A stretch of 34,192 nt of DNA from a virus. Lineage: Duplodnaviria; Caudoviricetes. The stretch lies in IMG/VR virus record IMGVR_UViG_3300020205_000781, positions 1-34,192 of that record, one strand, 5' to 3'. Below, one piece after another: positions 23,836 to 34,192 of this stretch (positions within the stretch are counted from its first letter, which is position 1; each line of letters begins with the position of its first letter). The translations under genes were made by a program, and so were the position numbers. The notes under the pieces were generated by a model. That model made no database searches. It was not told the origin of the DNA and saw nothing but the letters and a program-made list of their open reading frames with translations.

Positions 23836-26061
23836 TTATCCTCTTACTACCATTACTTCAATTATACCGATTTCGCCATCTGCTAATTTACCTAATGATT
23901 TTCCAATCAATGTGCCTAATCCATAATTAGAGCACACTTTAGCGTGTCCAGGCATCGAAGAAGTTACTAATAAATCTCCTTTAGAAATAGGTCCAATTGC
24001 TTTACACGGTACTCGACCAGCAAGTGCTATACAAACTCTAGTACCTTCTAATTTACTATTCATAATATAAGCCGGATTAGTTGTAACAATTCCTGCTACT
24101 GCTTGATCATTAGACATACTAGAGATAGACACATCATGCGTATCTTCTCGAACAATAGAAACTACAGTACCTGGCTCATACTCTATATCAGAGGAGTAAT
24201 ACTCAGCAAGGTCGGCATACGTTGATCGTAGTCTCGATCCAGCAGATAGATTCCAATTGCCGGTAATCGTACCAGTAGTTGAAGTTGATCCAGCATTCAA
24301 TGTTCGAGTTGTAAAAGTACTACCAGTACCTACAGTCCAATTGCCAATAATAGTTCCGGCTGTGGATGAAGATCCAGCGTTTAGAGAAGTCGTTTTAAAC
24401 GTTCCTTGAGAAGTATCTAATGTAGATCCTGGTTGTAATATCCAATTACCTGTTATCGTAGCACTATTTGTTGCAAGGCCAGAATTTAAGGATTTACTAT
24501 AAAATGTTCCGTTTCCAATGTCTATTGAACTGCCGGAATCATATAACCATCTTCCTGTAATAGTACCATTAACAGTACTGCCGCCTGTCGATATTATTTT
24601 AGAATAAATTGTTCCATTTGTTACATCTAACACACCAGTGTCAAATTTTAATCCACTAGTACCCAGTAGACTCCATGCTCCGGTAATGGTTGCTGTTGTT
24701 GCTGCACTACCAGCATTTAATGATCTAGATTTGAAAGAAGCCTGAGAAGCATCAAGTTGACTACCTGAGTATAGCGACCAGTTTCCAGTAATTATGCCAG
24801 CAGTTGATATATCTCCACTAGTTATTTCCTTAGTTTTTACAGAACCTGATGTAATATTAACATCACCGGTTTGTAAAGTTAAACTGCCTGTTTCAAAAGT
24901 TAAAGAACTATCGTCGGTAAATTTCCAAGCACCTGTAATTGTACCAGTTGTAGTAGCATACCCTGCTGACAGCGTGTCTGTTTTAAATGTTCCTTGGGTA
25001 GCATCTATAGTGCTATTGCCATCTAATGTCCATTGCCCGATAATGTCGCCAGTCGATGCGCTACCACCAGCATTGATAGCTTTTGCGAAAACACTACTCC
25101 ATCTGGCATTATTAGCACCTAGGGCAATTCCACCGTCTGTAGCAGGAGAAATTTTACTACTAGCACCTAGAACAAATTGCCCGGTCATATTCACGGAAGA
25201 TATACTTGTTCCCCCTGAAATTTCGCTTGTAAAAACTTTTGAAAATTTATTATTTGCGCTGCCTAATACTGTTGTACCGTAAGGAAGTATATTGCTAGCT
25301 TTAATCACAAGATCACTAAGAGAATCAAGTACTAAGTTACTTGATGTAGTATAAATTCTTGACGAAGCAATTGAAATACCTTCAGTATTATTAAATGTCC
25401 AACTTCCGGTAATCGTTTCGTTTCCAGTATTTGCCGCATATGGAGTATCAGTAGAAACACTAGATCCGGTTCTAAAAGTCATACCGTTGCCGACCTGTGT
25501 TATACCTACTGAATAAATTGCTTCTGTAGACTTAACATTAAAAGAATCTGCCGAGATAACACCGACTATATTTCCATTTGTGTACATTATAATACAGGCA
25601 TGGGCAGTAGAACTAGAATCTAAAATTGAAGCAGATTTCATCTGTGTTTCAGCAAAGCCAGAAACCTTTGAAGGACCAATTAAAGAATATGTGGAAGCAT
25701 TTTTTACATAAAGTTGTTCGTTATCTGTATCAAACCAAAGATCGCCAAGTTGGGAGTAGCCTGGTTCAGTATCTTGGAGAGCAATCACTGAGAAAATTTT
25801 CCACTGTGTTCCGTCCCAAACTTTAGGTTTCATTACAGAAACATTTTTATCAAACCAAATTTGTCCTTGAAGTTTGTTAACTGGAGCATTTTGTCCGGCG
25901 AAATTTTCTAGCAAGAATAGAAAATTTTCATTTTGGATTTCACCATAACCGGTAACATCTTTGCCTACAAAATTTAGACTTGAAGATAACTGTCTATCGA
26001 CTACTCCGTCTTCGATAGTTGTAAATGATCGTCCGTCAAAATTGTTTAAACTATAAGGCAT
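23836..26061 (-). CDS. Tail fibre with beta repeats and a C-terminal chaperone domain
   Basis: Same N-terminal module, eight ITGxW-type repeats, and an ADLAEYY...GRVPCK C-terminus. Confidence 0.8.
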   Translation of the reverse strand: MPYSLNNFDGRSFTTIEDGVVDRQLSSSLNFVGKDVTGYGEIQNENFLFLLENFAGQNAPVNKLQGQIWFDKNVSVMKPKVWDGTQWKIFSVIALQDTEPGYSQLGDLWFDTDNEQLYVKNASTYSLIGPSKVSGFAETQMKSASILDSSSTAHACIIMYTNGNIVGVISADSFNVKSTEAIYSVGITQVGNGMTFRTGSSVSTDTPYAANTGNETITGSWTFNNTEGISIASSRIYTTSSNLVLDSLSDLVIKASNILPYGTTVLGSANNKFSKVFTSEISGGTSISSVNMTGQFVLGASSKISPATDGGIALGANNARWSSVFAKAINAGGSASTGDIIGQWTLDGNSTIDATQGTFKTDTLSAGYATTTGTITGAWKFTDDSSLTFETGSLTLQTGDVNITSGSVKTKEITSGDISTAGIITGNWSLYSGSQLDASQASFKSRSLNAGSAATTATITGAWSLLGTSGLKFDTGVLDVTNGTIYSKIISTGGSTVNGTITGRWLYDSGSSIDIGNGTFYSKSLNSGLATNSATITGNWILQPGSTLDTSQGTFKTTSLNAGSSSTAGTIIGNWTVGTGSTFTTRTLNAGSTSTTGTITGNWNLSAGSRLRSTYADLAEYYSSDIEYEPGTVVSIVREDTHDVSISSMSNDQAVAGIVTTNPAYIMNSKLEGTRVCIALAGRVPCKAIGPISKGDLLVTSSMPGHAKVCSNYGLGTLIGKSLGKLADGEIGIIEVMVVRG
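24220..25077 (-). repeat. Eight degenerate coding repeats (consensus LNAG...TGTITGNW)
   Basis: Unit lengths of 35, 49, 35, 42, 35, 35, 28 and about 28 aa, read from the translation. Confidence 0.85.
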
Positions 26062-26072
26062 CTAGGTCTCCG

Positions 26073-28316
26073 TTATGCTAATCTAATAATCCAAGAACCG
26101 TATGTACTTGTATCAGCTGTGTCAAAAGCAGTTGTTACATCAACTGTCATATCATTAATATTTGTTCCTGTTCCCCAACTTGTAATTATACCTTGTAAGA
26201 AATTAACTTGGGTATCTGTTTCTCTGATAATAACACTAGTACCGGTACTGTCAAACGCTGTTTTCTTATTATTTACAGTAAATGTTTTGACCCCAGTTGT
26301 GATAGTTGCCGTACTATTAGATATCATATAGTTAATGTCGACATCGTTAACAAATGTCCAATATCCATTATCGACTACAAATAATTTCACTGTTCTCGTG
26401 ATTGTTGGAGGAGGAGGAGTAATTGTTACATTACCAGCCAAGTCAAAATCAGTAACAACTAGTGTAGATGTATTCGAAACTGTACTAATATAAGAAGATA
26501 CTGTATTAGACGAAGTAAATGCCACGTTAGTAACATAGTTTATTAAAGTTTTAATGGTAGATGTGTTAAGATTACTTAATACATACGTTGCAGTATTTTG
26601 AGTATACCTTGTACATAATACTGTACATCTAGATCCAGTTGGTTGAGCATAATAGGGATTGCCATAACCGTCTACAGGAATTGCTAAATCTAAATAAGCA
26701 ATAATTTCATCGTTAATGTTTTGAAAATCAGTAATGTCAAGGCTTAGTGTGTAGGGTTTTCTACCTACGTATCCGCCCAACGATAGTGCTATTTTATCTT
26801 CAAAATATTGCTTAGTGACAGCAGTAGTACCGACGTCAGTGTCCTCTGTTGCCCCCATTCCAATAATTTTAGCTGTAGTTGTTGTTCCGGCAATAACAGT
26901 TGTTAGATTAACAAACCCTGTACCTGGTACTAAATTTAAATCAGTGAATGCCGCAGATTGAATGTAATTACTTGTTAGTGTAAGATTTGTTACGGTTAAC
27001 AAAGACAACGTTGGCAGATTAGTTAATCCCGGAGCACTTAAAACCCTAGCACCTAATCTATAATATGTCGGCTGATTCGGATCTCTTTCAATGACCGAAT
27101 CACCATCTATTCTATAACTCGAGGTATTAGATACATTATTGATATTATAACTAATATTTGATTCCCAAGCCTGCTGATTCCTACTGTATAATAATGTGTG
27201 GTTTGTTGTTCCACGAAGAATGATACCGCCGCCATCTGCTAATACGTTAGTAGCAGTAACTCCGTTAGTAACACCTAACTCAATATTCTTATCGTTAACC
27301 AACAATGTTGTAGACTCAATATAACTTTGTGTCCCCATAACATCTAAGTTACCTCTAATTACAACGTTGCCTGCTAGATCAATATCTTCTTGAGGATCAC
27401 CTGTTAGTATACCTACTCTATCATTAACTGAATCGATATGAACGCCAATGGCCCCTGTTCCTTGAGATACACTATTGTATCTTAATTCTAGTGCCTCGCC
27501 TTGAACCGCTCCAAGTATGATACTAGTAGCGGTGTATATGGTATTTCTAACATATAAAACAATATTGGATGCTGTGCCAATTTCCAAACCATCATTGTTA
27601 ACAATGGCCAAAGACCCTGTTGTCTCTTGGTACTGATTGTTTAATATGAATGAATTTGTATTAAGTCCACCGGCAATCGAGTCAGCACTTGTAGCTGTTC
27701 CATAAAATTTAATTCCAGGAATAGTTGGATTTAGTGTAACTCCAGGATATAATGTAGTAACTGTAGCAGTAAAAATATAAAATCCAGCTTCCGGATTAAA
27801 ATCAATTTGACTATCAGTCATGGCAGCTATTGCTTGACCATTAGAATAATATATAGATAGAGGGATATCGCTGTTTGTTATATCGGCAAAGTTTTCTACT
27901 AACCATCCCTCTTTACCAGTAGCATCTGAATAGTTTTTTCCTGCGTTGATCCAATTGGCACCATCGTACCATTTTAAAATCTGGGCTGTTGTGTCAAGCC
28001 ACATGTCCCCACGAACAGATCCGGCAGGTTCAACATTGCTTACTGTTGGACCGCCAACAGGTTTAAATGTTCCTGTATTATATACTTTTAATCTGCCTTC
28101 GGAGGTGTCAAACCAAGTTTGACCAACTACCGGTGATGTAGGCTCGACCAAGTTAGCAAAATTTTCTAATAAATGGACAAAATTAGTATTAAAGTAAGCC
28201 CCGTAGTTATTAGTGTTCTTTCCAACTAAGGTTAAACTTGTAGAAACCTCGTCAATAGATTGATCCGCAATTACTGCTAAAGTTTTTCCGTTTGTAAATG
28301 TAATTGTGTATGACAT
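26073..28316 (-). CDS. Tail fibre/baseplate-associated structural protein
   Basis: Same N-terminal module (LVGKN...NFVHLLENFA...GQTWFDT); beta-rich, Thr/Asn-rich body. Confidence 0.75.
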   Translation of the reverse strand: MSYTITFTNGKTLAVIADQSIDEVSTSLTLVGKNTNNYGAYFNTNFVHLLENFANLVEPTSPVVGQTWFDTSEGRLKVYNTGTFKPVGGPTVSNVEPAGSVRGDMWLDTTAQILKWYDGANWINAGKNYSDATGKEGWLVENFADITNSDIPLSIYYSNGQAIAAMTDSQIDFNPEAGFYIFTATVTTLYPGVTLNPTIPGIKFYGTATSADSIAGGLNTNSFILNNQYQETTGSLAIVNNDGLEIGTASNIVLYVRNTIYTATSIILGAVQGEALELRYNSVSQGTGAIGVHIDSVNDRVGILTGDPQEDIDLAGNVVIRGNLDVMGTQSYIESTTLLVNDKNIELGVTNGVTATNVLADGGGIILRGTTNHTLLYSRNQQAWESNISYNINNVSNTSSYRIDGDSVIERDPNQPTYYRLGARVLSAPGLTNLPTLSLLTVTNLTLTSNYIQSAAFTDLNLVPGTGFVNLTTVIAGTTTTAKIIGMGATEDTDVGTTAVTKQYFEDKIALSLGGYVGRKPYTLSLDITDFQNINDEIIAYLDLAIPVDGYGNPYYAQPTGSRCTVLCTRYTQNTATYVLSNLNTSTIKTLINYVTNVAFTSSNTVSSYISTVSNTSTLVVTDFDLAGNVTITPPPPTITRTVKLFVVDNGYWTFVNDVDINYMISNSTATITTGVKTFTVNNKKTAFDSTGTSVIIRETDTQVNFLQGIITSWGTGTNINDMTVDVTTAFDTADTSTYGSWIIRLA

Positions 28317-28320
28317 AAGT

Positions 28321-30603
28321 TTAGGTCTTTATTATATAGTTAATGGCCAAATACGGATTCATCACGTTTGTAATAGTGCCTGAAACAGTTCCGCCAGCGC
28401 CTGCTGTACTAGTAGTAATAGTGGCAACTGCTGAGCCGCCTGAGACAACACCATTAAGAGCGTCTGTAAAAGCAGTCTCAGGAGGAGTATCGGCACTAGG
28501 CACCCGAAAGGCTTTGCCCAGGCTACTTGACGATTCGTTATCCATATCGTCAAATCCGATCATCATCCTTCCGCGCAAATCTGGCAATTTGAATTGATTA
28601 GTTAATGATGTTTTTCCGTAAGTATAACCGATAGCAGTATATAGGTAAGGATAATCATTTTTAGTTACGATAGATCCGTCACAGAACAGCCAACCACTAG
28701 GTGGATTTATTCCGGCATAGGAAATAATCGATCCTGACGGTACAAGGCTTCCTACGCCGCCCGGAGCACCAGAACCTTGATAGTTAATTTCTTTTAAGAA
28801 ATTTCGTTTAGTAATTTTGTTAAGACCGGTTACTGGAGTCCCCCAATTTACAGAAGGATCTAGTCTTGATCTATTAGCAGAATCAGTAAATCCTGTAATG
28901 TTACCAGTACCACTAATACTTGAAACTTTAATTGTAATATCGTTAGTAGGGGTTGCGCCGCCTAAGAGAGCACCGCTAATTTTTACAACTGAACCAACTA
29001 TATACCCGGAACCAGCATCTTCAATTCCGTCGTCGATAGTATCACCAATTACATAAGCACCACCTCTTCGATACACGTTAAAAGTAGCACCACTACCTCT
29101 ATTGGCGGTTGTATCCCTAGCAAAATAGTAAGCATCTTGAACAGCGATTAACATTACATCGGCGTCAGCTGATGCGGATGCAGATGGTTTAGAAATAAGA
29201 GCCGATGCTTGAATTTCAGTTACAAAGTTTTTAGCATCGCCAAGACCACCATAAGAAATTCCAGAACTTGCTACATCACCTGACATGGTAAATGATGCTG
29301 TACTGCTTAATTGACTAGCATACAAGGCTGTTCCTTGTAAACTGCCGACAAACTGTGCGGCATAAATTGAAGCAAACTGTGTTGAGCTTGTTCCAATATT
29401 GTACTTTATATTAGTTAACGGATTGATAATCGTTTTAGGATTCAATAAAGAACTGTCGGAAGATTTACCTATTAAGATAGAATCTTGGAAAGTAGCGGTA
29501 CTACTAAAAGTTGATGTACTTGCCAAGCTAATAGATTTTCCAAAAACCGCAGATCCGGCAATAGTTAATACGCTGGTCGGGGATGATAAGGTTACATTTT
29601 TAGCAATGGTTATTGATCCGTTAACATCTAAGTCTACAGCAACTGCCGGAACCGAATTGGCATTTCCTATAGTTACTTTTTTATTTCCGCCAATAGTATC
29701 AGCATCGCCGCCGTATATAGCTAAAATATCATTATAGCTCTGATTGTTTAAAATTTGAAATTTAAATCTACTGCCAGCAACTGAGCTAACAAACGTGTTA
29801 TTAAAAGTAGTATCTTTCTTAATTTGGAAGGAAGGATCAGTTCCAATAGTAAGACCTTGTCTCACGTTAAGTGTACCATTAACTGAACTGTCAATATCGT
29901 TTCTTAAGAAAGAATTGGCAGTAACATAAGTTTTAGTTGGAACTGTTACCAACAAATTCTGAGCTGCCAACGCAGTTCCGTTATACAGCGATGAATTAGC
30001 AGACGTTAAATTGTTTCCTGCTTTTAAAGCTTCAAATCCTTCAATCTTTTGTTGAGGAATAAACGATTCAGAAGTTATTATTTCTATAACTTGGTCGTCT
30101 ACATAATTCTTTACGATCTTATGACTAGTACCAAAGATGTCAGTAACTTCATCTGGGTAGCTACCTGTCTTTAATATACTGCTGTATGAAGGGCCTACTA
30201 AAATCCAATTATTCCCATCTAATGTTAGACTTAGTTGAGCTTTAGAAATGTCTACCCAAACATCACCAGGGGCGGCGCCACTTGGTTTAGATTCTTGTTG
30301 ATACAGTCCGTTAATAGGTTTCCAGTTTGCGCCTGCTGCAGTACCGTCATTAATCCTTAATTTTTTATTTGTCGAGTCGCTTGTATCAAACCATAATTGA
30401 CCTTCGATAGGATTATTAGGAGGACTGCCGCTGGAATGATTTTCTAGTAGATGTAAGAAATTTGTAGAAAGTGCCTGAGCATAACTAGAAGCATTCTTAC
30501 CAACAAAAATTAAACTTGTTTGATCAACGTTTAACTTATTATCTTCAACTGATAAGGAACTACTAAACTTTGTTGGATCAGAAAAATAAATCGTATAAGA
30601 CAT
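28321..30603 (-). CDS. Tail fibre with a C-terminal tail-collar domain
   Basis: Same N-terminal module; collar motif PSGSIISYAG...PSGWLFCDG...YPYLYTAIG...FKLPDLRGR and terminal PYLAINYIIK. Confidence 0.85.
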   Translation of the reverse strand: MSYTIYFSDPTKFSSSLSVEDNKLNVDQTSLIFVGKNASSYAQALSTNFLHLLENHSSGSPPNNPIEGQLWFDTSDSTNKKLRINDGTAAGANWKPINGLYQQESKPSGAAPGDVWVDISKAQLSLTLDGNNWILVGPSYSSILKTGSYPDEVTDIFGTSHKIVKNYVDDQVIEIITSESFIPQQKIEGFEALKAGNNLTSANSSLYNGTALAAQNLLVTVPTKTYVTANSFLRNDIDSSVNGTLNVRQGLTIGTDPSFQIKKDTTFNNTFVSSVAGSRFKFQILNNQSYNDILAIYGGDADTIGGNKKVTIGNANSVPAVAVDLDVNGSITIAKNVTLSSPTSVLTIAGSAVFGKSISLASTSTFSSTATFQDSILIGKSSDSSLLNPKTIINPLTNIKYNIGTSSTQFASIYAAQFVGSLQGTALYASQLSSTASFTMSGDVASSGISYGGLGDAKNFVTEIQASALISKPSASASADADVMLIAVQDAYYFARDTTANRGSGATFNVYRRGGAYVIGDTIDDGIEDAGSGYIVGSVVKISGALLGGATPTNDITIKVSSISGTGNITGFTDSANRSRLDPSVNWGTPVTGLNKITKRNFLKEINYQGSGAPGGVGSLVPSGSIISYAGINPPSGWLFCDGSIVTKNDYPYLYTAIGYTYGKTSLTNQFKLPDLRGRMMIGFDDMDNESSSSLGKAFRVPSADTPPETAFTDALNGVVSGGSAVATITTSTAGAGGTVSGTITNVMNPYLAINYIIKT

Positions 30604-30605
30604 TA

Positions 30606-31250
30606 TTATGCTCCTGTTCCGCTAATACTTTGAATCCTAACAGTATAATCAATTTGAATCATTCTGTTTAGACTTTTCTGAACAGGGTGAAATATTACGT
30701 GGGTAAGTAATAGCTCACCACCAGAAATATCATACCCCACTAATCCTAATTCGTCAAATACATATTCTCCGTCAAGATTAGAACTATTGTCAAACGCCAG
30801 TTGTCCACTAGGTTCACCGAAGTCTAACAAACAGCTAATTAGTAAATCACTGTAAGTATTTCCGATTAAATGTCTAGTTTCCATAAAATTTCTTGTCGGA
30901 TCTAAGTTCGCTGCACTTGCTGAATCGACAGATTTTTCATAAGTTTGATTATATAGTGTAGCATTTTGGCCAATGGTATTTGGTGTTAGATATGTAATAA
31001 TTCCAGTTGGGTCAACACGACTACCGCCGTTGCCAAATGCCATTTTACTAACCCATCCGTATCCTTGATTTCCTACACTGTTAACTAGTGCTAGGCTAAA
31101 ATTTTCATAATGAATAGCATTACGCTTGTCTACAAAAACTTCCTTAGTTTGTGGATCGAAAATTTTGATATGGCCTTGAAGCCCTATCGCGCCAATTTCG
31201 TCTGGCGTTTTTTCCTGCTGTACTTGATCTGGTTTATTTTGTTCTTGCAT
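30606..31250 (-). CDS. Putative baseplate/tail structural protein
   Basis: 214 aa, beta-rich (MAFGNGG, FDELGL, IDYTVRI), inside the structural operon. Confidence 0.6.
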   Translation of the reverse strand: MQEQNKPDQVQQEKTPDEIGAIGLQGHIKIFDPQTKEVFVDKRNAIHYENFSLALVNSVGNQGYGWVSKMAFGNGGSRVDPTGIITYLTPNTIGQNATLYNQTYEKSVDSASAANLDPTRNFMETRHLIGNTYSDLLISCLLDFGEPSGQLAFDNSSNLDGEYVFDELGLVGYDISGGELLLTHVIFHPVQKSLNRMIQIDYTVRIQSISGTGA

Positions 31251-31268
31251 GTTCGTACTTATCCATTA

Positions 31269-33092
<1,824 letters not shown>

Positions 33093-33093
33093 A

Positions 33094-34192
33094 TTATTGA
33101 CCTATTAAAGGATCTCCTGTTTCGCTGTCTAATGTATCGCCAACTTCAAGTACGATATACTGATCTGTGTCTACGTTCTGACCATAGTAGTATTTATCTG
33201 GTACAAAAGATGGCATCTCTAACAAGAAATTAATCTGTTCAACACTCCTCTTATGTAGGTCGCTAAACTCAAAACCTACCTGATTAACTGTTTTAGATAT
33301 AACTTTAATTTCAGAATTTACTATTGGTAGGAAATCTAATATTAGTGTATTAGTTCCCGTAATGCTAAATTCTGGTAATTTAGTTACATTGCTCAGTTGT
33401 GCGTTACTATTTAATTCATCTGAATCATAAGCAACTGTTGTATCTGTTACCGTGAACACAGTTTCGGGTTTACGCAACCTGCGTCCTTGATAATAAACAT
33501 CAATTTCATTGTAGGATAATCCGCTTATCTTGCTGACAGAATAAGTAGACGTTCCTACGGAAGAATTATCATAAACTGCCCAGAATGAAGCAGTTGTTTG
33601 CCAAACTGTTTGTTTTTGTGTGACAGGAATAGTTTGTACAACACCTTGATCGATGACTAACGAGCTTTCTTTATGTACAGATTTAATGCCTGTGCCCAAG
33701 GTTCCTCTTCTAATTTGAATTAACTTATTACCAGAAATCCCCATAAACTCAATACGCTCACCGTCAATTAAAATAACGCCAGGGCGGTATCTTGACTGAT
33801 CAGGTTGAGATAACGCTTCAGCATCTTCAACAGTAATCGTTGTATCTGTAGCAAGTAAATCAGTTGCTAATCTTGTAGAATAATATTGACTCAATCTCTT
33901 ATAATGAGTCCTTCCAATATTGTCTTGGAACATTCTGTAGCCAATTAAAGAACTGTTGACTTGATCAGTTACGCTCATTATTACCACGCTATCAGTTGAT
34001 TCTAAGTGATATGTATCTTTTAATATAACAGTCTTAAGATCCCTATCAAGTTTATAATCAAAGTCTCTAACTAGAGGAATTCCGTTAACTTCGACCCATA
34101 CATATTCAATGCTTAACACGGGTCTAGTTAATTTAAATTGTCCAGATCCTGTACCTTTAAATCTTTCTCTTCTAAACAAGGAATTATCGTGA
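33094..34192 (-). CDS. C-terminal part of a large virion structural (baseplate-like) protein; 5' end outside the window
   Basis: The frame is open to the window edge. Motifs [24 protein letters not shown] and VYYQGRRL are typical of large myophage baseplate/wedge proteins. Confidence 0.7.
   Translation of the reverse strand, partial: HDNSLFRRERFKGTGSGQFKLTRPVLSIEYVWVEVNGIPLVRDFDYKLDRDLKTVILKDTYHLESTDSVVIMSVTDQVNSSLIGYRMFQDNIGRTHYKRLSQYYSTRLATDLLATDTTITVEDAEALSQPDQSRYRPGVILIDGERIEFMGISGNKLIQIRRGTLGTGIKSVHKESSLVIDQGVVQTIPVTQKQTVWQTTASFWAVYDNSSVGTSTYSVSKISGLSYNEIDVYYQGRRLRKPETVFTVTDTTVAYDSDELNSNAQLSNVTKLPEFSITGTNTLILDFLPIVNSEIKVISKTVNQVGFEFSDLHKRSVEQINFLLEMPSFVPDKYYYGQNVDTDQYIVLEVGDTLDSETGDPLIGQ

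Noticed and set aside
2305-29737. Many short antisense or out-of-frame ORFs nested in long genes (e.g. 2904-3140, 4704-5060, 13889-14242, 24794-25282)
   Set aside because: They are fully overlapped by well-supported genes and show no recognisable motifs.

Overview
A 34-kb segment of a large, AT-rich, T4-related (jumbo-type) myophage genome. It reads in standard genetic code, and I saw no tRNA, rRNA, CRISPR array, intron or intein. Two convergent halves meet at a palindromic bidirectional terminator (21797-21824). The + strand half (1-21.8 kb) holds putative head-packaged proteins, a family-B DNA polymerase and a sliding clamp. These are followed by a ~10-kb base-modification island: a TGT-fold DpdA-like transglycosylase, a DpdL-like T-fold protein (LxxxHRHxF), a GT-B glycosyltransferase, a truncated NDP-sugar dehydrogenase, FolE, BI-1/YccA, a cupin, a purine PRTase, a MazG-like protein, QueE and an FkbM methyltransferase. 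After the island come T4-type RNase H, conserved hypotheticals and a MoxR/VWA pair. The - strand half (21.8-34.2 kb) encodes tail/baseplate proteins: four paralogous fibres and a collagen-like fibre tipped by a cupredoxin-like domain. The best candidate for a new system is a 7-deazaguanine pathway with built-in sugar-transfer enzymes, predicting a glycosylated deazaguanine. Also notable are tandem covarying RNA pseudoknots abutting the polymerase ribosome-binding site. Family assignments come from motifs read by eye and recalled family knowledge; no database searches were run.
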